Source: Candidatus Adlerbacteria bacterium
GTDB taxonomy: Bacteria > Patescibacteriota > Minisyncoccia > Phycocordibacterales > SBAW01
Direction of reading: 5' to 3'
NCBI GenBank assembly: GCA_003135635.1
Contig: PLCJ01000002.1
Span: 44,898 to 108,897 of the forward strand
Length of the DNA: 64,000 nucleotides
The notes under the pieces were generated by a model. That model worked only from the letters and a program-made list of their open reading frames with translations, was not told where the DNA came from and ran no database searches. Positions 18,946-29,451 of the stretch are shown here, in pieces; the stretch's first letter is position 1, and the number at the start of each line of letters is the position of its first letter. Made by a program: the position numbers and the translations under genes.

Positions 18946-20811
18946 TCTTTCATTCTCTGGAAGCGGGTTGTGGATTACACATTCTTTACTGTTTTTATTT
19001 TTTGTGTCCTACTCTTTTTTCTTCCCGCACTCGCAATTGCGCAAACATCGGGAAGCTATTGTCCAGAGTTGCTACTCACCTTTGGCAGTGGTGCTAAAGA
19101 CACGACCACAGGAGGCCAAGTGAGTAGCCTCCAGCAGTTCCTTCTGCACTATGGAGCTGGCACTTCGACTCAATTGGTGACCGGATATTTTGGCATTATT
19201 ACAGAAAGAAATCTCATACAATTTCAGGTACAGCAGCATCTTGTGCCCTCTGGAGTGCTGGATACATTTACTCGCGCGGCAATTGCCATTGTATGCGGCA
19301 CCACGGCGACAACGACGCCTGCGCAAATAGTGCCTTCCGCAACGCTGGATAACAATCCACTTACTTCTCTCCAGGCAAATGTTTTTCTCTCCGGGACTGC
19401 AACACACCTCAATGCTCCACTAAGTATCTTAATTACACACATTAATGCTGGGGGCGGTAGCAATAAGATGTATGAGAACGACGCCATCCCCGTGGTCCAA
19501 AATCGATGGGCTGTGACAGTCTCTCCTCCGCTTTCAGAGGGTGTATACACCGCCACCCTTTCTTCGGGAGACATTTTTCTTGCAAGCAGCACATTAACTA
19601 TAGGACTGAAGTCGCTTCCAACGGTGGAACTTGACACATCGCTTCCTCAATTTGATGTTGTGGACGGACGTCTTATGCGCTTTAAAATAATGGCAAAGCC
19701 AACCGGTGCGATTGGTATCAATCAATTTACGTTTACGATTGCAGCAAATTCGGCAGATGTCACCTCCGTAGCATTGTACGGGTACTCTGATCCGGGGTAT
19801 TCACAGCCGATCGCCAGCACGACCGCCGGCGTGTTGAGTACATCAGTTGTTGATCCAACCCCCTCCGCTCCCGCGGTTATCCTACCCATGTCCCTAGAAA
19901 TTCCTGCCGGCCAAATATACTATTTTGAGCTGGATGGCACCGTCACTCCCTCAGATACTACATATTCAGTCATAACAACCCTACTTGGAGATGCTGCTTC
20001 TACAACTGTAGGAACGGCGACACAGCTTGCTTCAAGTAGCAATTTCATCTGGTCACCCAATACCTACGCTACTTCTTCTGTGACAGATGCCGATTGGACA
20101 AATGGATCCATTGTTTCTGGGTTGCCACAAAGTGGGATTATACAATCGCGCACGAATTCATTTAGTCTCACGCCGACCTGCACACTATCGGCAAGTACAA
20201 GTACAATTGCTTCAAACCAGCCGGTCACACTCAATTGGACAAGCTCCAACGCGACCTATTCAGTGTGGGATGATGGCATGATAAGTGTTGCAGCAGGGGG
20301 CAGAACATTCAATAATATATTCTCGACCCGGACGTTCATACTAAATTTTTATGGCCCGAATGGAACCACAATCTGTTTTACAACAGTTGCTTTCAATCAA
20401 CCAATTTCTCTCGACAAATTCTCCGCTTCTCCTATTTCTGGTACTGTCCCACTTGCAGTGACATTTAATGGTTCTGTAAATAACGCGAAATCTTGTGTAA
20501 GTGCAACGTATACATTTTCTTATGGCGATGGACATACGAATCAAATCAGTGTGCCTGTAAATTCTTGTAAGTCACAATCATTTAAATTAGTGTATACCTA
20601 TCAAAATATTGGAACCTTTGGTGCAGCACTCTATAAGGGCATATTTTCTAGCACTAGCACACCGCAACTTCTACAAATACAATCGATAACGGTGCAATCA
20701 AAAATCACATTTAATATCGACCCGTCATCTGCGATAGCAAACGTTCTCTCTGCATTTGGCGGCCATTTCCTTGCTTGGACTCAATGGCTTTCCCGTATAT
20801 TCAGATGGTAA
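18919..20811 (+). CDS. large secreted protein with N-terminal peptidoglycan-binding (PG_binding_1-like) domain
   Basis: Signal/TM at the N-terminus, PG-binding motif GGQVSSLQQFL...GYFGIITERNLIQFQ, then about 500 aa of Thr/Ser-rich beta-type sequence. Confidence 0.6.
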   Translation: MNSTQSIPQSFILWKRVVDYTFFTVFIFCVLLFFLPALAIAQTSGSYCPELLLTFGSGAKDTTTGGQVSSLQQFLLHYGAGTSTQLVTGYFGIITERNLIQFQVQQHLVPSGVLDTFTRAAIAIVCGTTATTTPAQIVPSATLDNNPLTSLQANVFLSGTATHLNAPLSILITHINAGGGSNKMYENDAIPVVQNRWAVTVSPPLSEGVYTATLSSGDIFLASSTLTIGLKSLPTVELDTSLPQFDVVDGRLMRFKIMAKPTGAIGINQFTFTIAANSADVTSVALYGYSDPGYSQPIASTTAGVLSTSVVDPTPSAPAVILPMSLEIPAGQIYYFELDGTVTPSDTTYSVITTLLGDAASTTVGTATQLASSSNFIWSPNTYATSSVTDADWTNGSIVSGLPQSGIIQSRTNSFSLTPTCTLSASTSTIASNQPVTLNWTSSNATYSVWDDGMISVAAGGRTFNNIFSTRTFILNFYGPNGTTICFTTVAFNQPISLDKFSASPISGTVPLAVTFNGSVNNAKSCVSATYTFSYGDGHTNQISVPVNSCKSQSFKLVYTYQNIGTFGAALYKGIFSSTSTPQLLQIQSITVQSKITFNIDPSSAIANVLSAFGGHFLAWTQWLSRIFRW

Positions 20812-20904
20812 GAGTCACAAGAATACATAAGATATAAAACTCTCTAATTTCCCGATACTCATTCATACATTAATGACGAGATTGGCGGAGGGGAACTAGT
20901 TTCC

Positions 20905-21846
20905 TTATTTCTTTCCACCCTGCTTAGATTTAATGTAATAGAAAATATCCTCCAGCGCCTTCACCGCGTCTCCGGAAGCAATGTTGTTTTGATGATACAG
21001 CCCGTCAGAACAATCACCCGCAGCCCAAATACCTTCCACTGAAGAGCGCTGCGTCTTGGCATCTACGATAATATAGCCAAATGTATTGCATGCGACAAGT
21101 TTGCGCACCAAATCGCTTGCGGGTATGGCTCCTATCTCTACAAATACTCCTGCAGCGGGTAGATCGGTAATCGCTCCCGTCTTTTCGTTTTTTATGAGAA
21201 CACCCTGTACAAAACTTTCTCCACGTATTTCCACCGGGGAGGACTCGGTAAATACTCGCATGTTGGGATGAGCCAGTACGGCTGCTACTGTATCAGGATC
21301 AGCTTTTGTAAAATCAGCATTGCGATGAACCAACGTGACACTTTTGCAATAGGCTAGAAGCTGCGCCGCAGATTCAAATCCTGCGTTTCCTCCACCCACC
21401 ACCACTACATCTTGTCCAGCAAATAGGGGACCGTCGCAGGAAGCGCAATAGGTGAGACCTTTATTCTCAAACTGCTCTGCTCCTGGCACCTCGAGCTTTC
21501 GACGAGAGCCGCCAGTTGCAATAAGTACCGCTTGAGCGTCATAGACACCCTTGTTTGTTTGCATAGAAAAATTAGCGCCGTTTTTATGTACATCGGCCAC
21601 TCGCTCGCCGAGATGGAGAGCAACACTATCGCCAGCGTACGCGCGCAAATGCGCTTCCAGCAATTTTGCTAAATCCGGACCAGACACCTTCGGGGTACCT
21701 ATCCAGTTTTGAACCTCTGGTGAGACAATACTTTGTCCTCCAATCTCCTCGGCAATAAAAATGGTCTTGAGTCGCTTGCGTGCAGCGTACACGCCCGCCG
21801 CCACCCCCGCCGGTCCACCGCCGATAATTGCAAGATCAAACATCAA
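20905..21846 (-). CDS. trxB: thioredoxin reductase
   Basis: FAD motif GGGPAG, redox-active CASCDG, NAD(P)H motif GGGNAG. Confidence 0.9.
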   Translation of the reverse strand: MMFDLAIIGGGPAGVAAGVYAARKRLKTIFIAEEIGGQSIVSPEVQNWIGTPKVSGPDLAKLLEAHLRAYAGDSVALHLGERVADVHKNGANFSMQTNKGVYDAQAVLIATGGSRRKLEVPGAEQFENKGLTYCASCDGPLFAGQDVVVVGGGNAGFESAAQLLAYCKSVTLVHRNADFTKADPDTVAAVLAHPNMRVFTESSPVEIRGESFVQGVLIKNEKTGAITDLPAAGVFVEIGAIPASDLVRKLVACNTFGYIIVDAKTQRSSVEGIWAAGDCSDGLYHQNNIASGDAVKALEDIFYYIKSKQGGKK

Positions 21847-21849
21847 CTC

Positions 21850-23118
21850 CTATTTTATCTTAGGTCGACGCAGGAATGAAGGTATTGCACCCCACTCATC
21901 ATCGTCCTCCTTCTCTCTTTTTCTTTTTGCTGACGTCTCTTCGTTTTTTTCTTCTGGCTTTTCTTTCATCAGATCTTTCACTGGAGCTCCCGATGTATTG
22001 AAAATTTTTCCCAGCGGTACATCTCCTCGCTCCTCTCTTTCGCGCTCACTGGCTGCAAAGGATCCAAAAAGAGGAGTTCCGCGTGATGTCATACCGCTTG
22101 TCGGAAAGCCAGTCGCAATAACGGTGACACGCACATCATCTTTCTTGAGTTTGTCGTCTTTAATGGCACCGAAGATAATTTTTGCATTGGGGTCGACGGA
22201 TTCGGTGATGACCTTTGCTGCCTCATGTACCTCCATCATCCCCAGATCATCGCCTCCGGCAATCGCAAAAAGTACCCCCTTTGCGCCATTAATGGAAAGC
22301 TCCAAAAGGGGAGAAGAAACAGCTGCTTTCGCTGCCACCTGTGCTCGGTTTTCTCCGGAAGCGACACCAATACCCATAAGGGCGGAACCAGCATTTTGCA
22401 TAACCGCGCGGATATCTGCAAAGTCGACATTAATGATGCCTGGATTCGTAATGAGATCAGAAATTCCCTCAACCGCTTGTTTAAGTACATCATCGCACGT
22501 CGCAAAAGCGGCTTTGAGCGTCGTGTCTTTTTTCACAGTCGCAAGAAGCCGATCGTTTGGTATGACGATAAGCGCATCCACTTCTTTGCGCAATTCCTCA
22601 AGACCAAGTTCGGCGATCTTCATGCGCTGCTGTCCTTCAAACAAGAACGGTTTTGTCACGACGCCAACGGTAAGCGCGCCAAGCTCTTTGGCAATACTAG
22701 CAACGACTGGCGCTGCACCTGTTCCGGTACCACCACCCATCCCGCAAGCAACAAAGACCATATCGGAACCTTTGAGCGCCTGTTGTATTTCTTCTTTGGT
22801 TTCTTCGGCGGCTCGTTTGCCGATGTCTGGATTCATGCCAGCTCCGAGCCCGCGGGTGAGGTTTTTACCTACGTGGATTTTTTTCTTGCCAAGCGACTGG
22901 TGCAAATCCTGTGCATCAGTATTGATCGTAATAAAATCAACTCCACGCATCTTGCTGTCAACCATGTGGCTAACAGCGTTGCCCCCGGAGCCGCCGACAC
23001 CAACGACGCGAATGCGAGCGAACGCTTCTATATCTGGTTGTATCTGCGGCATATAATTAATTAATTTTTCCCGTAAATGTGCGTGACCACTGTACCACCT
23101 AGTAGGGGAGAGGTGCAA
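21850..23118 (-). CDS. ftsZ: cell division protein FtsZ
   Basis: Tubulin signature GGGTGTG and [10 protein letters not shown]. The true start may be the internal Met at 23052 (the MPQIQPD sequence). Confidence 0.95.
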   Translation of the reverse strand: MHLSPTRWYSGHAHLREKLINYMPQIQPDIEAFARIRVVGVGGSGGNAVSHMVDSKMRGVDFITINTDAQDLHQSLGKKKIHVGKNLTRGLGAGMNPDIGKRAAEETKEEIQQALKGSDMVFVACGMGGGTGTGAAPVVASIAKELGALTVGVVTKPFLFEGQQRMKIAELGLEELRKEVDALIVIPNDRLLATVKKDTTLKAAFATCDDVLKQAVEGISDLITNPGIINVDFADIRAVMQNAGSALMGIGVASGENRAQVAAKAAVSSPLLELSINGAKGVLFAIAGGDDLGMMEVHEAAKVITESVDPNAKIIFGAIKDDKLKKDDVRVTVIATGFPTSGMTSRGTPLFGSFAASEREREERGDVPLGKIFNTSGAPVKDLMKEKPEEKNEETSAKRKREKEDDDEWGAIPSFLRRPKIK

Positions 23119-23138
23119 TTTGACAATTTATTTTTTCG

Positions 23139-24317
23139 TTATGGAAGAAATTTCTTGCACCAGCGCCACGCAGCCTGGAGTGTCTCACCAATTGAGCTTC
23201 CGCTTGGTTGCTCAAGGTCGCCCCCTTGGGTAAATCCCCAGATAGTAAGACCGTACGCGACTGCCCACGAACCATCTTTCACCTGCATTTTTGACGCGGC
23301 GCCCTCGGCCAGGGAGGCAATGCGCGAAGGAAGACGTAGTGCGGCTCGTGCGAGATCCGCCACTGTTTGTAAAGAGGAGGTACCGCCGGTAAGAATAATG
23401 CCGCCGGGCAAAAGTTCATCTTTGTGAATTTTTTTTAGGTGGGCTTCAACCAGCTTAAACATATCCGACACGCGCTTTGAGATGAGGTCGTCTATCTTGC
23501 GTTTAGGATAGGGGGAGCCGAACACCGCTCCTTGTTTTAACTGCTCCGCTTCCTCAGGAGCAATACGCAATCCAAGTGCAAGATCGTTGGTGATATCGCT
23601 GCCCCCGACAGGGAAAACCTTTACTGAAATGGGAACGGTATCCTCAAACACGATTATGGAGAGTGTTTCAGAGCCAATGTTGGCAAGTACACAGCCGACG
23701 CGTTTCTGGGTTTTCGTGAGTGCCACAAATGATGCAGCGATAGGAGCTGCAACTACATCTTCAACTTCCATGCCGGCTTCTTCAACCGCAGCAATAAGAT
23801 CGTTGATATGTTGCTCCAGGCAGGTAATAAAAATTGTCTCAACCGAAATACGAGTGCCTTTCATACCCACGGGACTGCGACCAAGTACCTTTACCCCATC
23901 GATACTGTAGTACAGCGGTATACGATGAATAATCTTCCGATTAAGAAGTGTTGCGGGCATAAGAGCCGCTTCACTGCCGTCAAGAACGCGTGAGATGTCC
24001 CGCTCGCTGATCTCTGAGTTGCCGCGCTCGACAACCGTCTCTCCGCGCGCGAAAGCTTCTTCAAGGCCGATGCCACCTATGCTTATATACACGCGCTTCA
24101 CTTTTTGCTGCGCCGCCTTGCTTGCTTGTGCAACTGCAGCAGCAATGGAGCGAGAAATATCTGATACGGAAACAATATATCCGTGCCGCAGTCCACGACT
24201 TTCGGCATATCCGATGCCTAAAATACGTGGCGCTTGGCGGGGATCTTGGGGATGCTCAGCGATCACCACTTTTACATGGTAGGAGCCGATATCAATGCCA
24301 GTAACAATTTTTTGCAT
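23139..24317 (-). CDS. ftsA: cell division protein FtsA
   Basis: Actin-like ATPase with N-terminal GIDIGSYHVKVV. Immediately upstream of ftsZ. Confidence 0.9.
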   Translation of the reverse strand: MQKIVTGIDIGSYHVKVVIAEHPQDPRQAPRILGIGYAESRGLRHGYIVSVSDISRSIAAAVAQASKAAQQKVKRVYISIGGIGLEEAFARGETVVERGNSEISERDISRVLDGSEAALMPATLLNRKIIHRIPLYYSIDGVKVLGRSPVGMKGTRISVETIFITCLEQHINDLIAAVEEAGMEVEDVVAAPIAASFVALTKTQKRVGCVLANIGSETLSIIVFEDTVPISVKVFPVGGSDITNDLALGLRIAPEEAEQLKQGAVFGSPYPKRKIDDLISKRVSDMFKLVEAHLKKIHKDELLPGGIILTGGTSSLQTVADLARAALRLPSRIASLAEGAASKMQVKDGSWAVAYGLTIWGFTQGGDLEQPSGSSIGETLQAAWRWCKKFLP

Positions 24318-24351
24318 GCAGTAGGAAAAGCGCCCGGAGCCGGCGTGCTTT

Positions 24352-24750
24352 TCAGAAGCTTATCGCTATCTTAAAACGTTTGATCAAACGCCGCTCACTG
24401 TGCTCCATTGTAGCATTATGTGCGTACCCCTTTAAGTGCAGCATGCCGTGGATAAAAAGGTACGCGAGAAAATTATCCCGGGTCGCTCCATACGCACGAG
24501 CTTGTGCACGCGCAGTCGCGGGGCACAGTAATATTTCTCCCGTGTACTTGGAAAACGGAAAGGCCAAGACGTTTGATGGGACATCTCGATGTTTGGTTTT
24601 TTTGCTCATACGGCGAGCTTCCCGCGGAGAAAGGAGTGCCACGGAGAGGTCATAGCGGGGCCCGAGCACCGCATCTTTAAGTGTTGCAAACGCGACCCGC
24701 GGCAGTATACCGCGGGTTTTGTTGATGATAGAAATACGTTTCTCTGCCAT
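24352..24750 (-). CDS. ybeY: rRNA maturation endoribonuclease YbeY
   Basis: HGMLHLKGYAH zinc-binding motif. Confidence 0.85.
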   Translation of the reverse strand: MAEKRISIINKTRGILPRVAFATLKDAVLGPRYDLSVALLSPREARRMSKKTKHRDVPSNVLAFPFSKYTGEILLCPATARAQARAYGATRDNFLAYLFIHGMLHLKGYAHNATMEHSERRLIKRFKIAISF

Positions 24751-24762
24751 CGAGGGAGCGTG

Positions 24763-25017
24763 CTACCGGCGACGAGGTCCACGCACCGGGCGCTCGAGCA
24801 TTTTGCCGAGTTTTATGAGCTCAGCGACTTCTGCTCGGCGTTTGATAACTTTGAGTGTATGTTTACGGCGTACCTCGGGAGATTTTGCGCGGGAATAGTA
24901 CCGTCGTCCACGTACGGCCTGAATAAGTCGCGCACTTTGCACGCGCTTGCTGAAGCGGCGGATAAGATTTACCGTCGTTTCTCCTTCGTTTTTTTCTACC
25001 TCTGCTTGTACGGCCAT
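24763..25017 (-). CDS. rpsU: 30S ribosomal protein bS21
   Basis: S21 pattern LIRRFSKR...RGRRYYSRAKSPEVRRKH. Conserved position next to ybeY. Confidence 0.7.
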   Translation of the reverse strand: MAVQAEVEKNEGETTVNLIRRFSKRVQSARLIQAVRGRRYYSRAKSPEVRRKHTLKVIKRRAEVAELIKLGKMLERPVRGPRRR

Positions 25018-25044
25018 TGCGCTTGGGATACTAGCACGCTCCCC

Positions 25045-26256
25045 CTACACTCGCAATGTTCTGAGATAGCGGGGCAATTGCGAAAGGGTGACGGTCGCCT
25101 GCGCACGCTCATCTGCTGAACGAATAATAATAGTGCCGTCAAGCACCTCGCGCTGGCCCATGATAAGCACATGGGAAACCCCTGATTGCCGCGCAGCGGC
25201 GAGCTGGTTGCCAAGATGGTTTGAATCAAAAGATTGGAGCGCCGGAATATGTGCAGCGCGAAGCATATCAACCACTGCAAGTCCTTGGAGCTTCGCACGT
25301 GCTCCGAGCTGCACAAAATACACTTTTGGTGGAGGAGTTTTAGGAAGTGTTTTACAGCTTGAGCGGTCTATTCCTTTGCGCCGAAAGAAAATACTTGCAT
25401 GCACGGCCGTGCTCTCCTTGCGTCCCGTCATGCGACGCATGAAATCATCGTAGCGACCGCCAGCGCTCGCGCAGACGATCATGTCACTCCCCGCAAGATC
25501 TATAGCAAAAAGTACTCCCTGCTCGCGTTCATCGCTCACCAGAGAATAGTCGAGCTGGTAAGGAAGGTTCAGAAGTTCGAGCTGCTCGAGAATATTTCGA
25601 AAGTGTGCCCGACTTTTTTCAGAAAGAAAATTGACTGACCGTGGTGCATCAACAATGATATCGCGGCACATCACACTACTGCGACGGTATGCCTCAATCG
25701 GATTATCGGAAAATTTGAGTTCTCCCGCGGCTTCAAGTGCTCCCGCGTGCTTGCGGAAATACAACAAGAGCTCACGTGCGAAGCGCTGCTGGCTGTCGCG
25801 ATCTCCAAGTGCATTGATACGAATGCCCGAAATAGGAGCACCCCATTCCTCAAGAATTGCTGCAATAACTTTAATGAGAAGTACTTCTCCCATGCTCTCC
25901 GATGAACCCACAATGGAGAGCCCAAACTCTCCGGTCTCGCGCATGGAAAATCCGTGTGGTGTGTAGGAAGAAGTCGGGCTGGCGTAATAGGCCAACACTG
26001 GCTCTTGTACTTCTATGGGTGGGACTTTTGTAGGTGGGATGGTGGCGAGACGTGCCCGACTTGCAATTAACGCTCGACTTACAACTATCGAGCTACACAA
26101 ACGAGCTGCAGTTGCAAACGTGTAGGTACCACGAGAGCGCTCTGCGGGAGGTGCTGCGCGTTCTAGCTCACGCATTGAGCGAAAACCATAGGAGGAAGAA
26201 ATATCAGCAGAAAGTTTAAGGAATGACTTGGGTGATGCGCGGGAAGAAATGTTCAT
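25045..26256 (-). CDS. hisS: histidyl-tRNA synthetase homolog with degenerate N-terminal catalytic motifs
   Basis: Strong HisRS motif-3 and insertion-domain similarity (IVCASAGGRYDDF) and a C-terminal class II anticodon-binding domain. The first ~90 aa are low-complexity and the FRHERP-type motif-2 arginines were not found. Confidence 0.6.
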   Translation of the reverse strand: MNISSRASPKSFLKLSADISSSYGFRSMRELERAAPPAERSRGTYTFATAARLCSSIVVSRALIASRARLATIPPTKVPPIEVQEPVLAYYASPTSSYTPHGFSMRETGEFGLSIVGSSESMGEVLLIKVIAAILEEWGAPISGIRINALGDRDSQQRFARELLLYFRKHAGALEAAGELKFSDNPIEAYRRSSVMCRDIIVDAPRSVNFLSEKSRAHFRNILEQLELLNLPYQLDYSLVSDEREQGVLFAIDLAGSDMIVCASAGGRYDDFMRRMTGRKESTAVHASIFFRRKGIDRSSCKTLPKTPPPKVYFVQLGARAKLQGLAVVDMLRAAHIPALQSFDSNHLGNQLAAARQSGVSHVLIMGQREVLDGTIIIRSADERAQATVTLSQLPRYLRTLRV

Positions 26257-26273
26257 AGCTGGTTATAGATTAT

Positions 26274-26828
26274 TTATTGCACTACTGTTGCACCCGGAAG
26301 GATTCCTACACTACTAACCGGTAAGAGTCGCAAGAAAACATGGCCGATAATGTTTTGTCGGGGAAGTGTGCCCCATAGGCGCGAGTCTGAACTTTCTGGG
26401 CGATTATCTCCCATCACAAAATATTCCTCAGGGCCAAGCGTCACACTCATGTCTGGGCCGTTGCCTTTATTAACGACATAGGGTTCAGAGAGTTCTTCAC
26501 TTTTTCCGTTTTGGGCAACAATATAGACGTTACCGCTTGAGATTTTGACGGTCTCATTGGGAAGGCCAATGATCCGCTTAATGAAAAACTCCGACGGATC
26601 CTTGGGGTAGCGAAATACAATTACATCCCCGCGCTGTGGCTGCTCAAAATGATAGGAAAGTTCATCGACAATGAGGTACTGGCTATTTTGAAATGTAGGT
26701 TCCATCGATGCGCCGCTCACAATAAATGGTTGGGCGACAAAAAGACGTATCGGGATGACAATAATGAGCGCGAGAGCGGCGAATTTCAGGAGGTCGGTGA
26801 AAAAGTCCCCACGATGCTCCTCTTGCAT
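26274..26828 (-). CDS. lepB: signal peptidase I
   Basis: S26 motifs SGASMEPT, GDVIVFRYP and GDNRPESSDSR. Start set at the Met just before the single TM helix; the ORF track extends it to 27170 through pth. Confidence 0.8.
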   Translation of the reverse strand: MQEEHRGDFFTDLLKFAALALIIVIPIRLFVAQPFIVSGASMEPTFQNSQYLIVDELSYHFEQPQRGDVIVFRYPKDPSEFFIKRIIGLPNETVKISSGNVYIVAQNGKSEELSEPYVVNKGNGPDMSVTLGPEEYFVMGDNRPESSDSRLWGTLPRQNIIGHVFLRLLPVSSVGILPGATVVQ

Positions 26829-26894
26829 ACCATGTATTGTATGTATCTTCCGGCGTTGCGCAAGGTTCAGGGCACTCCCGTGGTAGTGTGGGGT

Positions 26895-27488
26895 ATGCAA
26901 TGGGTTATCGCTGGACTCGGCAATCCAGGAGAAGCATACAAAGATACCAGACACAATGCGGGGAGAGACATGCTCATACTGCTTGCCAAGAAAGAAAGAT
27001 TTTCCGAGTGGAAAGAAGATAAAAAATCCCACGTACGCACTACCAAGGGTGTTCTTTTCGGCAAAAAAGTACAACTCGTGCTGCCGGATACCTACATGAA
27101 CAATTCCGGACGTGCTTTCAGGGGGCTTATCACTTCCAAAAAAGATGCAAGGCAGCTCGTGGTACTTCAAGACGAGCTTGATATGCCTGTTGGGGAGATA
27201 AAAATTTCATTTGGTAGCGGCTCCGGTGGGCATCGGGGCGTAGAGTCCGTACAGCAAGGGCTCAAGACCAAAGAATTTGTTCGTATTCGCATTGGTATTT
27301 CTCCGGTGAATTCCTCAGGAAAGCTTAAGAAGCCAGCGCAGGAAAAAATTATCGATTTCGTACTCGGCGCATTTAGTGCGAGTGAAACAGAGAAATTAAA
27401 AAAAGCTCGGCGCAACGTTGCAACAGCCCTCGAACTTTTACTTACTACAGGACTTCCTCGAGCAATGACGGAGATCAACAGTAGATAA
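26895..27488 (+). CDS. pth: peptidyl-tRNA hydrolase
   Basis: GLGNPGEAYKDTRHNAG N-terminal signature. Start trimmed from the ORF-track start 26649. Confidence 0.85.
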   Translation: MQWVIAGLGNPGEAYKDTRHNAGRDMLILLAKKERFSEWKEDKKSHVRTTKGVLFGKKVQLVLPDTYMNNSGRAFRGLITSKKDARQLVVLQDELDMPVGEIKISFGSGSGGHRGVESVQQGLKTKEFVRIRIGISPVNSSGKLKKPAQEKIIDFVLGAFSASETEKLKKARRNVATALELLLTTGLPRAMTEINSR

Positions 27489-27501
27489 AAAAATACTCCT
27501 G

Positions 27502-28629
27502 CTATTTTTTCTCTCCTGAGAAAGAAAGTGCCATGCGCATCTCTTGCGGTTCAAAAAGAGAAATAATAAAAGGATAGCGCTTGCCCAGCTCAAGATTCTG
27601 TCGCAACTTTTCCTCAGAGCCGAAATCTGAGACGTGCACAAGACCAGCGATGCCTTCTTCGATTGAAGCAAGCGCACCGTGCTTATTAAATTTAATAACG
27701 ACACCTTCTACGCGATCACCTTTCTTGTATTTCTCCGCCACGGATTGCCAGGGATTTTCTTTCAACTGTTTCACTGACAGAGATACTTTGCCCTCTTTTA
27801 TATCGATGATCTTAACTTTCACATGGTCACCAACTTTAAAGAAGTGACGTGGATCGTCGACAAGGCCCCAATCTATTTCAGAGATATGCACGAGACCTTC
27901 TAGGCCTTCCTCGAGCTTCACGAAAACGCCGAAATCAACCATGCCGGTCACTTCTCCCATAACGCTGGCGCCCACGTCATAATGTTCGATAATCTCGCGC
28001 TTCTCTTTGTCGTCGACGCCCTTTTCAGAAAATATAAGCTTTCCTTCTTTGGGGAGCGCAGAAATAACGAATACAACCAACCGTTCCCCAATCAACTTAC
28101 GCAGTTCATCAAGAATTTTATCTTTATCTCCGTCCATAACACGGGGATAATGTTCAGCTTTCAATTGCGAAGCAGGAAGAAAACCTGGAATGCCTTGCCA
28201 CTCAAGAATAAGGCCCCCTTTGTTTGCTTCTTTGACGGTCAATTCAATCTGAGTTTTGTTCTTTTGCGCTTCTTCCGCTTCCGTCCAAATAAGTGCCTGG
28301 CGGGCTTCCTTCAGGGAAAGCTCAATGTACCCATCCTTAGTATCAGTAGCAATTACTTTTGCAGCAATGCGATCCCCGACATTGGTGCGCTTGATGACTT
28401 CGCGTGCATTGAGATATTCGCGCCCTAAAATGACTCCGGTTCCAAATGGTGGAAGATCAATATATAGACGCGCTCGGTCAAGCGCGATAACTGGACCTTC
28501 GACAATGTCTCCTGGCTTAGGGAGCTCTGGACTACGAGCCACCAGCTCAGCCATAAGGCTCGGCGGTGCGTTTTGTGCATCACTCAAATCAATGGCTGCC
28601 GCGGAAGCGGCTTTTGTGGTTGGTGTCAT
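27502..28629 (-). CDS. rpsA: 30S ribosomal protein S1 (short form, four S1 domains)
   Basis: Repeated S1 OB-fold units (GD.VEG.V..., G.V.G.V). Confidence 0.8.
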   Translation of the reverse strand: MTPTTKAASAAAIDLSDAQNAPPSLMAELVARSPELPKPGDIVEGPVIALDRARLYIDLPPFGTGVILGREYLNAREVIKRTNVGDRIAAKVIATDTKDGYIELSLKEARQALIWTEAEEAQKNKTQIELTVKEANKGGLILEWQGIPGFLPASQLKAEHYPRVMDGDKDKILDELRKLIGERLVVFVISALPKEGKLIFSEKGVDDKEKREIIEHYDVGASVMGEVTGMVDFGVFVKLEEGLEGLVHISEIDWGLVDDPRHFFKVGDHVKVKIIDIKEGKVSLSVKQLKENPWQSVAEKYKKGDRVEGVVIKFNKHGALASIEEGIAGLVHVSDFGSEEKLRQNLELGKRYPFIISLFEPQEMRMALSFSGEKK

Positions 28630-28807
28630 ATTGCTTTATCGGGCGGGTCCTCTGGGCTGCCCCGAAAGATTATTCCCGCGCACCCAACTGATAATAAAGG
28701 GGATACCTCTATTGCGAAGGACTATACCTCAGGGAAGTAGCGTATGCAAATATTTTTGGCATTTTCTCTTTTAAAAAAGGTCAAAATATGATAAAATAGC
28801 CTTACTT

Positions 28808-29440
28808 ATGGTTATCAGCTACATGGGCGGGGAGTGTTTCAAGATCACTCAAGGGGATTTGACTCTCGTTTTTAACCCGCCATCGAAAGACTCTGAGCTT
28901 AAAATATCAAGATTCGGCTCTGATATCGTCCTTGTCTCTCTGCAGCACAAAGACTTCAATGGCATCGAAAACGTCTCTTTCGGTGAGCGTGAGCCCTTTG
29001 TGATCCTCGGTCCGGGAGAGTACGAAGTGAAAGATACAGTCATACGAGGTTTTGCTTCTGATTCCCACTATGGAGGCACAAGAGGAGTAAATACCCTCTA
29101 CAGTGTTTTTCTTGACGGGATAACTCTCTGTTTCTTGGGCGCTCTTTCTTCCGCTGCGCTACCTCCCGCAGCTAAACAAGAGTTTGATAATATTGATATC
29201 CTTTTTCTTCCTATCGGTGGCGACGGGGTGCTCACGTATGCAGAAAGCTACAAACTTGCGGTACAATTAGAGCCCAAAATCATTATTCCGATGCATTATG
29301 GCTCCATAGGACAGCAGGGAGCACTGAAACATTTTCTGAAAGAAGCAGGTGTCGAAGACCTCAAGCCCACTGAAAAGTTGATCGTTAAAAAGAAAGACCT
29401 GGAAGATAAAGAAGGCGAAGTGGTCGTATTATTGACATAA
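28808..29440 (+). CDS. MBL-fold metal-dependent hydrolase (UPF0173-like)
   Basis: About 210 aa with beta-lactamase-like fold motifs (DILFLPIGGDG, IIPMHYG). Confidence 0.6.
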   Translation: MVISYMGGECFKITQGDLTLVFNPPSKDSELKISRFGSDIVLVSLQHKDFNGIENVSFGEREPFVILGPGEYEVKDTVIRGFASDSHYGGTRGVNTLYSVFLDGITLCFLGALSSAALPPAAKQEFDNIDILFLPIGGDGVLTYAESYKLAVQLEPKIIIPMHYGSIGQQGALKHFLKEAGVEDLKPTEKLIVKKKDLEDKEGEVVVLLT

Positions 29441-29451
29441 TTCATTTCCTT

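Noticed and set aside
21761-23056. 431-aa plus-strand ORF (Ala/Ser/Pro-rich)
   Set aside because: It is antisense to ftsZ with low-complexity composition, an artefact of an open reverse frame. FtsZ on the minus strand has unambiguous tubulin motifs.
26829-27170. 114-aa N-terminal extension of lepB
   Set aside because: It overlaps the pth gene on the opposite strand and precedes the single TM helix. Signal peptidase I domains start near MQEEHRGDFF.
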